A stretch of DNA of 62,263 bases from Candidatus Enterousia sp. Lineage in GTDB: Bacteria; Pseudomonadota; Alphaproteobacteria; Rs-D84. The notes beneath the pieces were generated by a model, which did no database searches, was not told the DNA's origin, and saw only the letters and a list, made by a program, of their open reading frames with translations. The stretch's first letter is position 1, and each line of letters opens with the position of its first letter. The stretch spans positions 1 through 62,263 of the forward strand of contig JAZRPS010000011.1 of NCBI GenBank assembly GCA_045649345.1, given 5' to 3'. A program made the translations under genes and the position numbers. Below are positions 18,326-25,453 of the stretch, piece after piece.

Positions 18326-19666
18326 ATGAAATTTGTTCAAAAATATTTTTTGGGGGTTATGGTTTTTGGGGTGGCTTTGTTTTGTGTCGGTTGTGTGCAA
18401 AAAAAGCGACAACAGGTACCATTGTATGATAATATAACTGTTGTTGATGAATTGGTGATTGATTCTAATTCTGTGCCAATCTTTCCAAAAAAGGCAGCGC
18501 TGACAACAGATACGGCGCGCAGATTTTCGATTGAATTGCCAAAACGGTGTGAAGTAGACTGGGATAATCAGAATGTTGTTTCTGTTGTTCCATCTGAAAA
18601 AATAGAAATAATCCGTTTGGATACTGGTGATAAATTGCCTGAATTGCAGGTGTCTGATTATGAGTTTAAAGATTTAACTGTGAAACGTGCATTAGATAAA
18701 TTGCTGGACGGGACAGATGTTTCTGTGGTCGAAGATGAAAGTCTGTACGAGAAGATTTCAGGTACAATTTCATCGGGTGAATTATCGGATGCGGTTGAAC
18801 TGATGACGAAAATGGGACGCGTTTATTATTCGTATGATGAAGGTACGGGCGAATTGCATTTGGCACATCGTGGAAAATGGCTGATAAAAATGCCGCAAAA
18901 TGAAACGATTATTATGGCGCTGTTAGACGCGATGCATGGCGCAGATATGCGAAACCTGTTGGTCGATTGGGCGGATAAAACTGTTGTGTTCGAAGGTAAT
19001 TATCAGACAGAACGTGAAGTGGCAAAGATAATCGCTGATATTTCTGGTAAAAAATATATGTTGGCGTGGGATATTGATGTGTATCGTGTGTATCCGCGTA
19101 CAGATAATCCAATTGTTTGGATGAACCTGTTGCCGGCGTTTGGTGAAAAAAATATAAAAATGTCAATCCCTGGGGTTGTTGGGCGTGCGCTGGTTGTGGG
19201 TCCGGAAATTAATACAAAAACATTGCAGGAATTCTTGGGGCAACAGGCAAATGTTGTCTTGGTATCACAGGGTACGTTTGCAATCCCAAATGGGTGGCAA
19301 TCGCGATTTGATATTGGTCAGTGTGGTCGCGAAGAACGTCTGGAGACAGATTTAATTATTGGTGCAACGGGTAAATATGCGGACTTTGCGGGGCGTAAAA
19401 AGATTGATGCGAAAATTGTTTTGCGTACGTCAAATGGGGAATTGTCGTCCTTTAATATTCCGTCCACGGTTGGCGATAACTATGTAATTGTGGGTATTCC
19501 AACGCATTCGTTTGTGACGACGCCGGAAACATTGGTGTCGCCGTTTGCAGAATTGGTTGTATTTATGTCGCCGCGTATAATTTCAATTGTTGATGGACCG
19601 ACGGGTCATGATGATAGTATGACGGATTTGGTTGGTGATGCATTGCGTGATTTTTTAAGTGAATAA
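18326..19666 (+). CDS. Secretin-like outer-membrane lipoprotein (446 aa), tentative
   Basis: Lipobox (ALFCVGCVQ). N-domain-like segment (FKDLTVKRALDKLLDGTDVSVV). C-terminal region resembles a secretin domain (ANVVLVSQGTFAIPNGWQSRFDIGQ, VIVGIP, ELVVFMSPRII). Confidence 0.45.
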   Translation: MKFVQKYFLGVMVFGVALFCVGCVQKKRQQVPLYDNITVVDELVIDSNSVPIFPKKAALTTDTARRFSIELPKRCEVDWDNQNVVSVVPSEKIEIIRLDTGDKLPELQVSDYEFKDLTVKRALDKLLDGTDVSVVEDESLYEKISGTISSGELSDAVELMTKMGRVYYSYDEGTGELHLAHRGKWLIKMPQNETIIMALLDAMHGADMRNLLVDWADKTVVFEGNYQTEREVAKIIADISGKKYMLAWDIDVYRVYPRTDNPIVWMNLLPAFGEKNIKMSIPGVVGRALVVGPEINTKTLQEFLGQQANVVLVSQGTFAIPNGWQSRFDIGQCGREERLETDLIIGATGKYADFAGRKKIDAKIVLRTSNGELSSFNIPSTVGDNYVIVGIPTHSFVTTPETLVSPFAELVVFMSPRIISIVDGPTGHDDSMTDLVGDALRDFLSE

Positions 19667-19681
19667 TAGGGTGGGTTAATT

Positions 19682-20935
19682 ATGTTTTCAAAACTGGAAA
19701 GAAAGATTGCGTTTAGATATTTGGGGGCAAAAAAGCGTGGATTTGGTTCGGTGATTTCATGGGTGTCGCTGATTGGTATTATGCTGGGGGTGGCGACACT
19801 GATTGTGGTTATGTCGGTTATGGGTGGTTTTCATGATACGTTGTTGGGACGTATTGTTGGAATGAATGGACATGTGGTTGTTTATCACCAAGATGGTGCG
19901 ATTTCTGATTTTGATTTCTTGATTGATAAAATGAAGCAGAACAAGGTTGTCGCCCAACGTGCAACATCAATTGTGCCAATTGCCGAAGGGCAGGTTATGG
20001 CAACCGCCAATGGTAAAAATACAGGTGCAATGATACGTGGGATTCGAATGAACGATTTGGCGGCAAAAACGCAAACAGGAACACGTATATATGGCAAAAG
20101 TTTGTCTGAAATCAAAGATGGCGAATTGGTTGGTGGGTCGTCTTTGACACGTGCATTGAATGTGACAATGGGGGACAAGATTTCGTTGGTGTCTGCCAAT
20201 GGTGCAACGCCAACGCCATTTGGTTCAATGCCACGAATTATGTCGTATCCGGTGATGAGTTCGTTCTTTATGGGTATGTATGAATATGATTCTGGGTATA
20301 TCTTTATGCCGTTGGAAACCGCGCAAAAGTATTTAAATATTGGTAATGGTGTGACGCATATCGATTTGTTCTTGGACAATCCAGAAGATACAACAGCAGT
20401 GGTGGAAAGTTTGTCGCGACTGTTGCCAGAAGGTTTTGTTGTTCGTGATTGGCGTGATTTGAATCGTGGCTTTGTCGGGGCATTACAGGTTGAATCAAAT
20501 GTGATGTTTTTAATCTTGATGTTAATTGTTATTGTCGCGGCGTTTAACATTGTTTCCAGTCTGGTTATGTTGGTAAAGGATAAAAATAAAGACATCGCGG
20601 TTTTGCGTACGTTTGGTGTGTCGCGTAAATCAATGATGAAGATATTTATTTTGTCGGGGACATCAATCGGTGTGATTGGTGCGTTCTTTGGGACGATATT
20701 GGGCGTTCTGATTGCGATATATGTTGAACCGATTCGTCAGTTTTTCCAATGGTTGACCGGGCGTGATTTGTTTCCGTCAGAATTGTATTATTTGTCTGAA
20801 TTGCCATCAAAGTTGGTCATAGGCGAGGTTGTTGGTATTGCCCTGATTGCGATTTTATTGGCGTTCTTGGCAACATTGTATCCGGCATGGAAGGCGGCAA
20901 AAACCGACCCGGTAGAGGTGTTAAGGAATGAATAA
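19682..20935 (+). CDS. lolC: Lipoprotein-releasing ABC transporter permease (LolC/LolE family)
   Basis: FRYLGAKKRGFGSVISWVSLIGIMLGVATLIVVMSVMGGF N-terminus, large periplasmic loop, C-terminal FtsX-type TM bundle ending DPVEVLRNE. Confidence 0.85.
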   Translation: MFSKLERKIAFRYLGAKKRGFGSVISWVSLIGIMLGVATLIVVMSVMGGFHDTLLGRIVGMNGHVVVYHQDGAISDFDFLIDKMKQNKVVAQRATSIVPIAEGQVMATANGKNTGAMIRGIRMNDLAAKTQTGTRIYGKSLSEIKDGELVGGSSLTRALNVTMGDKISLVSANGATPTPFGSMPRIMSYPVMSSFFMGMYEYDSGYIFMPLETAQKYLNIGNGVTHIDLFLDNPEDTTAVVESLSRLLPEGFVVRDWRDLNRGFVGALQVESNVMFLILMLIVIVAAFNIVSSLVMLVKDKNKDIAVLRTFGVSRKSMMKIFILSGTSIGVIGAFFGTILGVLIAIYVEPIRQFFQWLTGRDLFPSELYYLSELPSKLVIGEVVGIALIAILLAFLATLYPAWKAAKTDPVEVLRNE

Positions 20936-20941
20936 AAGAGT

Positions 20942-21670
20942 GTGAGCAAAATGGCGAAGATTTTGGATTCTTTATCAAAGGTAAATCGTGGCGATGTGGT
21001 TATGTCGGTGCGTGATATAAAGCGGACGTTTGTCGAAGGGGGGCAGCCATTACATATTTTGCGTGGCGGTGGTTTTGATTTGCATCGTGGTGAAATTATT
21101 GCCTTGGTTGGTGCGTCTGGGTCTGGGAAATCAACACTGTTGCAGTGTGTTGGGCTGTTGGACAGACCCAGTGGGGGCAGTATTATGATTGGTGGTGCGC
21201 CGATACAGAAAATGGACGAAGATATGCGTACGCAAATTCGTCGTAAAAAAATAGGATTTGTTTATCAGCGTCATAATTTATTGTCTGATTTTACCGCAAT
21301 TGAAAATGTTATGTTGCCGATGTTGGCGAATGGCGTGGCCGAAGATGCAGCACGCGCGCGCGCAATCAAACTGTTGCGTGCGGCAAATGTTGCGCATCGT
21401 GCGTCGCACCTGCCGGGGGAAATGAGTGGCGGTGAACAACAGCGTACCGCTGTTGCGCGTGCGTTGGCTAATAATCCGGATATCTTGTTGGCGGACGAAC
21501 CAACGGGCAGTTTGGACCCAATGCATGCAGGGGCGGTGTTTGATTTGCTGATGGATTTGGTGCGTAAAAACAAAATGGCAATGCTGTTTGTGACGCATGA
21601 TATGAATTTGGCATCGCGTGCAGACCGCAGAATAACAATTAATAATGGTATTGTTGAATCAATGCACTGA
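20942..21670 (+). CDS. lolD: Lipoprotein-releasing ABC transporter ATP-binding protein
   Basis: Walker A GASGSGKST, signature MSGGEQQR, Walker B LLADEPTGSLD. GTG at 20942 or ATG at 20951. Confidence 0.85.
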   Translation: MSKMAKILDSLSKVNRGDVVMSVRDIKRTFVEGGQPLHILRGGGFDLHRGEIIALVGASGSGKSTLLQCVGLLDRPSGGSIMIGGAPIQKMDEDMRTQIRRKKIGFVYQRHNLLSDFTAIENVMLPMLANGVAEDAARARAIKLLRAANVAHRASHLPGEMSGGEQQRTAVARALANNPDILLADEPTGSLDPMHAGAVFDLLMDLVRKNKMAMLFVTHDMNLASRADRRITINNGIVESMH

Positions 21671-21722
21671 TTTATGATATAATGGTGTAGAAGCAACAGA
21701 TTTTTGTTTTTAATAAAAAGGG

Positions 21723-22265
21723 ATGAAAATGAAAAAGTCAGAGGGAAAATTTGTAAAAGTTTTATGTTATGTAGCAACGTTTGTTGTCGGGGCAGGTATT
21801 GGTTTCTTTGCGTCGGAAATAACGGCAAAAAAAGGTATGCAATTATCTGATGCACAGTGTGCGGTCGTTCAAGAAAAAATTATCGAAAATGCAAAGTGTT
21901 ATAGTGCGTTTTGTACAGAACACTTAAAGGAACTGTATGCGATTTACCGTAATGATTGTGCAGGTCGTATTATTCCAGAAGAAATATATGAAATGCGGTC
22001 TTGTGCACAGATGGAAAAAATTATAAAAAAGCGTTTCGATGCGTCCAAGGAAACAAGTTCGTCTTATCGTGATCATATCAGCCTGGCCAGCTATTTTGTA
22101 AAATTGGCGGTGCATGCATGTCCGGAACATGTTGAAATGTACAATAATCTGGCGTGGCGTGAAATTGAAATTGTGGGGGCGTTGACATCTGTGGAATATA
22201 TGGATATGGCAGATAAACAAGAATTAAACCGTGTGTTGAAAACACTGGGTGAAAATAAGAAATAA
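21723..22265 (+). CDS. Membrane-anchored hypothetical protein with a Cys-containing helical module (180 aa)
   Basis: N-terminal TM anchor. One copy of the ~60-aa module C-x2-ME-x2-I...ACPEH-x3-Y-x3-A-x-REIEIVGAL, shared with the next gene. Confidence 0.55.
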   Translation: MKMKKSEGKFVKVLCYVATFVVGAGIGFFASEITAKKGMQLSDAQCAVVQEKIIENAKCYSAFCTEHLKELYAIYRNDCAGRIIPEEIYEMRSCAQMEKIIKKRFDASKETSSSYRDHISLASYFVKLAVHACPEHVEMYNNLAWREIEIVGALTSVEYMDMADKQELNRVLKTLGENKK

Positions 22266-22289
22266 AAATATAAGAAAAGGAGAGAGACA

Positions 22290-23060
22290 ATGAAAAAAGC
22301 AGAAAAGCAATATAGGGTTGTGCATAGTCGTTCACAAAAAATCTGGGGGGCGTTGGCACTGGCGGGATTATTTGCATGTGGATTGTTGGTTGGTTGGGGT
22401 ATCAATGAAAAACGCAGTGCGCCACAACAACTGGAAATGGAACAGATTGCAAAGCCTGTCCCCCAGGTTGATGGTGATGTGAAACCGGTCACAGAACAAA
22501 ATTCTGAACCAAAAGAAACGTGCCAGATTATTGAAGACCTGTTATTGGAACGTCTGGCGCCAGTTGATAGTCAAGACGTTGAAGCGCATGAATTTAATAT
22601 TAATGTTTATGAAAAGTTGGTAATGAATGGCTGTTCAGAAAATCAAATGAAATATCACAAGGCGGCACAACGAGAACGTGAAATTGTAAACGCGTTGCAA
22701 CAGACAAACAGTTCACAACAAACATGTGAACAGATTGAAACATTGTTGACGCAACAATTGCCGTATGCAAATGAAGATTCGGAAGCGCGTATAGAACGTG
22801 CAAAAATCTATGCAAATTTATCTGAACGTGGTTGTCCAGAAAATAGTGCGAAATATGTTGAATTGGCAAAACAAGAACTGGAAATCGCACGTGCGTTAGA
22901 AGATGATGAATTTGATAATGATGAAACAATCGAAGTTGTTGAAACATACAAGCGTTTGAATATGCAGGCGGCAGCCGAAGAAATTTTTGAAACGGCGAAA
23001 AAACTGACTAACCCGGCGATTGATTTTATCTTGGAAGTTGAAAAAATAATTAATGAATAA
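22290..23060 (+). CDS. Membrane-anchored hypothetical protein with two copies of the same module (256 aa)
   Basis: TM anchor (IWGALALAGLFACGLLVGWGI). Modules TCQIIEDLL...GCSENQMKYHKAAQREREIVNAL and TCEQIETLL...GCPENSAKYVELAKQELEIARAL. Confidence 0.55.
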   Translation: MKKAEKQYRVVHSRSQKIWGALALAGLFACGLLVGWGINEKRSAPQQLEMEQIAKPVPQVDGDVKPVTEQNSEPKETCQIIEDLLLERLAPVDSQDVEAHEFNINVYEKLVMNGCSENQMKYHKAAQREREIVNALQQTNSSQQTCEQIETLLTQQLPYANEDSEARIERAKIYANLSERGCPENSAKYVELAKQELEIARALEDDEFDNDETIEVVETYKRLNMQAAAEEIFETAKKLTNPAIDFILEVEKIINE

Positions 23061-23077
23061 AAATTAAGGAACAAAGA

Positions 23078-23677
23078 ATGAAATTCTGGGTGATTTTATT
23101 CGGATTGGTTTTAACAACAGGTGCATTTGCCACAGATGACACAACCGAAGATGTTGTCGAAGAAGAGGTTGTTGAAGAAGAGGCAGAAGCGTCTGTTGTA
23201 GAGCGCATATCGTGTACAGATATTCAGGCGCAGATAACAGAATTGAGTGCCATAGAAGAACCGGATGAAGAAACGCAAGAAGAATTGGCAAATCTGAAAG
23301 CAACCCAACGTTCGAAATGTATGCGCAGTGCAGGAAAGCGACGTGCCGCCGTGGGACGCAAAGCGCTGATTGCAGCATCAGAAGCGTCGACGACCACAGA
23401 AGAAGTTTTGGTTGATGAGAGTGTAGAGAAAGAACAGCCAAAACAAGAGGCTGAGAAAGAAGAAGTCGTTAAGGAGGTTGTTGTTGAAGAACAAACCGTG
23501 TCCGAATTAACCCCGGAACAGGTTCAGGCAAATTTGGACGCAGGACTGTGTGCAGATGGTGCAAAACCGAATCGTTTTGGTTGTTGCGGCGATGAAATTT
23601 TTAAAGATATGGGGAATGCTGTTTTTGCATGTTGTCCAAAATCTGGGGGTGATTGTTTGCCACCAATAGGAAAATAG
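23078..23677 (+). CDS. Secreted acidic protein with a C-terminal cysteine-knot-like domain (199 aa)
   Basis: Signal peptide MKFWVILFGLVLTTGAFA, Glu/Val-rich low-complexity body, C-terminal CADGAKPNRFGCCGDEIFKDMGNAVFACCPKSGGDCLPP. Confidence 0.6.
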   Translation: MKFWVILFGLVLTTGAFATDDTTEDVVEEEVVEEEAEASVVERISCTDIQAQITELSAIEEPDEETQEELANLKATQRSKCMRSAGKRRAAVGRKALIAASEASTTTEEVLVDESVEKEQPKQEAEKEEVVKEVVVEEQTVSELTPEQVQANLDAGLCADGAKPNRFGCCGDEIFKDMGNAVFACCPKSGGDCLPPIGK

Positions 23678-23687
23678 GGTGTTAATA

Positions 23688-23933
23688 ATGAAAAAGTGTG
23701 TTAGTTCAACAACGGCGATAATTATATCTTTTTTTATAGGTTTTGGTTTGGGTATCTTGACCTGGGCGAATCGTGACGCAATGTCCGCGTCATCCGCCAC
23801 CTGTGCCGATGGTTCGCGACCAGACAAGCATGGTTGTTGTGCTGGTGAGGTTTACACAGATATGGGGGATTTAGGGTTTAATTGTTGTCCAGGGGATAGC
23901 GAGGATAGTGACTGTTTTCCACCCCTAAAATAA
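23688..23933 (+). CDS. Small exported protein carrying the same C-terminal cysteine domain (81 aa)
   Basis: TM/signal segment then CADGSRPDKHGCCAGEVYTDMGDLGFNCCPGDSEDSDCFPP. ATG 23688 preferred over GTG 23679. Confidence 0.55.
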   Translation: MKKCVSSTTAIIISFFIGFGLGILTWANRDAMSASSATCADGSRPDKHGCCAGEVYTDMGDLGFNCCPGDSEDSDCFPPLK

Positions 23934-24034
23934 AATCTAATGGTATATCTAAAGCGGGTTAGCAATGGCTCATGTACGTTTGTGTACACTACGCCATTTT
24001 TAACCCGTTTATCTATACCATTATCTTTTATTTT
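23927..24034. repeat. Palindromic ~108-bp MITE/REP-like element, copy B1
   Basis: Arms of ~43 bp (AAAATAAAATCTAATGGTATATCTAAAGCGGGTTAGCAATGGC and its imperfect reverse complement) around the loop TCATGTACGTTTGTGTACACTAC. Near-identical to 55163-55272. The stop codon of the upstream gene lies in the left arm. Confidence 0.85.
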
Positions 24035-24057
24035 TAAAAAATTATAATAATTCATCT

Positions 24058-24139
24058 AAAAACAAATCGGGCATCTCATGTAGCGTTTGTACACTACGAC
24101 GCCCGATTTGTTTTTATCTAAATCATTCTATTTAATTTT
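24058..24139. repeat. Palindromic repeat element, copy B2 (hairpin plus conserved tail)
   Basis: AAAAACAAATCGGGC / GCCCGATTTGTTTTT arms around ATCTCATGTAGCGTTTGTACACTACGAC. Tail ATCTAAATCATTCTATTTAATTTT is identical to copy A. Confidence 0.8.
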
Positions 24140-24181
24140 TCCCATGGCAAGGGGTGTGGGCAGGGCAGATTAATTATTCGC

Positions 24182-24209
24182 TTGATTTTGTTTTCATTTA
24201 GTATATAAT
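24182..24209 (+). promoter_or_regulatory. Sigma70-like promoter for tRNA-Gly / tRNA-Tyr
   Basis: TTGATT (24182-24187), 16-nt spacer, TATAAT (24204-24209), 20 nt upstream of tRNA-Gly. Confidence 0.55.
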
Positions 24210-24229
24210 CACAGGGCTTTGAATTTGTT

Positions 24230-24304
24230 GCGGGCATAGTACAAAGGCTAGTATGCAAGCCTTCCAAGCTTGAAATGAGGGTTCGATTCCCTCTGCCCGC
24301 ACCA
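24230..24304 (+). tRNA. tRNA-Gly (anticodon UCC), CCA encoded
   Basis: Acceptor GCGGGCA/TGCCCGC, anticodon stem CAAGC/GCTTG with loop CTTCCAA, T-arm GAGGGTTCGATTCCCTC. Confidence 0.9.
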
Positions 24305-24329
24305 AAAAATTGTGAAAAAAGGAATCTGC

Positions 24330-24383
24330 TTGATTTTGATTCCGGTCGTGTACGCTTTGTACACTCGCCTTTATCAAAATCGT
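24330..24383. repeat. Palindromic repeat element, copy B3 (short form, between two tRNAs)
   Basis: GATTTTGAT / ATCAAAATC arms around GTCGTGTACGCTTTGTACACTCG, which shares the conserved GTGTAC...GTACAC core. Confidence 0.6.
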
Positions 24384-24418
24384 CGCATATTCTCGTTTTT
24401 GACAATTTTTACAAGATC

Positions 24419-24505
24419 GGGCGTGCGCCGGAGTTGGAGAGCCGGGGCAGACTGTAAATCTGTTGGCTTAAGCCTGAGCTGGTTCGAATCCAGCCACTCC
24501 CACCA
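24419..24505 (+). tRNA. tRNA-Tyr (anticodon GUA), long variable arm, CCA encoded
   Basis: Anticodon stem CAGA/TCTG with loop CTGTAAA, variable arm GGCTTAAGCC, T-arm GCTGGTTCGAATCCAGC. Acceptor GGGCGTG/CACTCCC has one C-U mismatch. Confidence 0.8.
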
Positions 24506-24506
24506 G

Positions 24507-24542
24507 AAATAAAAACACCCCAAACGGGGTGTTTTTATTTCT
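24507..24542 (+). terminator. Intrinsic terminator after tRNA-Tyr
   Basis: ACACCCC AAAC GGGGTGT stem-loop flanked by an A-run and a T-run. Confidence 0.7.
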
Positions 24543-24599
24543 GTGGTTGTGGCTTATGGATTTGAGACATGCAATCGCAAGATTGCCGGTTCGACAATG

Positions 24600-24728
24600 A
24601 GTAAGCGAGAACAAGCATTGCGCAGTTCGAGTGATAACGAATGCCCCACAGTCCCGCAATGCGGGAGAGGGACCATAGTAAGCGAGAACAAGCATTGCGC
24701 AGTTCGAGTGATAACGAATGCCCCACAG
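24600..24728. repeat. Two exact 52-bp direct repeats with a 77-bp period, each followed by a tri-loop hairpin
   Basis: AGTAAGCGAGAACAAGCATTGCGCAGTTCGAGTGATAACGAATGCCCCACAG occurs at 24600-24651 and 24677-24728. Followed by TCCCGCAATGCGGGA and GGACGAAGTCC respectively. Confidence 0.85.
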
Positions 24729-24844
24729 GACGAAGTCCGAGGGAATCAGCCACTGCACATCATTAGAATAACCCACCTTGTGTGATTTTTTAAATGCTTT
24801 GAACATATATATTTTTTTGATAAAATTTCCTTAAAAAGGGGTTT

Positions 24845-25423
24845 GTGGTGTATCTTTTATTTTTGCTTGTTGTTTTTGTTTTGTCATTCTTGTTGCTGTA
24901 TATGTGGGGGCGGATTATAGAATATATTTATTGCGTTGTTTGGAAAAAACAAGCGCCGTTTGTTGCGTGTTGTTTTGTGCATAAACGCGCAATAGTTGCG
25001 CAAATAAAACAATTTTATCCAGATGCAAAAAGTGTGGTAGAGGTTGGTTCCGGTGATGGGGCGTTGGCACGATATGTTGCCCGTCGTACCAAGATGTCTG
25101 TGTATGCGTTGGAAAATATGCCGTTTTGTGTTTTCTTGTCCCGTATTGGTGATTTGTTTTGTTTCGCAAAGTCAAAAACGATTTGGTGTGATGCGTTTGA
25201 ATATCTGAAAAAAACAGATAAAAAATTTGATGTCGCAATCGCGTTTTTGGGACCAAAAATAACGCCGAAATTGAAAAAATATAATAAGCAAATAAAAGTT
25301 TTGATTTCGATGAATTTTGAAATCCCAGAATTAAAACCTGTGCGAACTGTTGATTTAAAACGGGGCGAAGTTACGTACGGCAACAAAAAATATCTAAATA
25401 AATTGTTTGTTTATGAATTATAA
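24845..25423 (+). CDS. Putative class I SAM-dependent methyltransferase with an N-terminal TM segment
   Basis: Motif I-like VVEVGSGDGALARYVA. GTG start. 192 aa. Confidence 0.45.
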   Translation: MVYLLFLLVVFVLSFLLLYMWGRIIEYIYCVVWKKQAPFVACCFVHKRAIVAQIKQFYPDAKSVVEVGSGDGALARYVARRTKMSVYALENMPFCVFLSRIGDLFCFAKSKTIWCDAFEYLKKTDKKFDVAIAFLGPKITPKLKKYNKQIKVLISMNFEIPELKPVRTVDLKRGEVTYGNKKYLNKLFVYEL

Positions 25424-25449
25424 AAAATGCCCCGTTTGGGGCGTTTTTT
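25424..25449. terminator. Bidirectional terminator hairpin
   Basis: GCCCC GTTT GGGGC with flanking A- and T-runs, between convergent genes. Confidence 0.65.
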
Positions 25450-25453
25450 ATAT

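Noticed and set aside
19682-21670. Re-interpreting LolC/LolD as a dedicated MacB-type toxin or peptide exporter rather than the Lol system
   Set aside because: The sequences look like ordinary LolC/E and LolD, and Lol is essential in diderm bacteria. Without a second copy in view, the conservative call is canonical Lol. The alternative is kept only as a hypothesis in the findings.
24600-24728. Possible CRISPR array
   Set aside because: There are only two repeat copies, at 52 bp with a 25-bp spacer. There are no cas genes and no further repeats. This does not fit CRISPR geometry.
24468-24806. ORFs on both strands across the 52-bp direct repeats (112 aa and 72 aa on the minus strand, 80 aa on the plus strand)
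   Set aside because: They contain the duplicated peptide only because the DNA is duplicated. They have no RBS or family resemblance. The region is treated as non-coding repeat or possible RNA.
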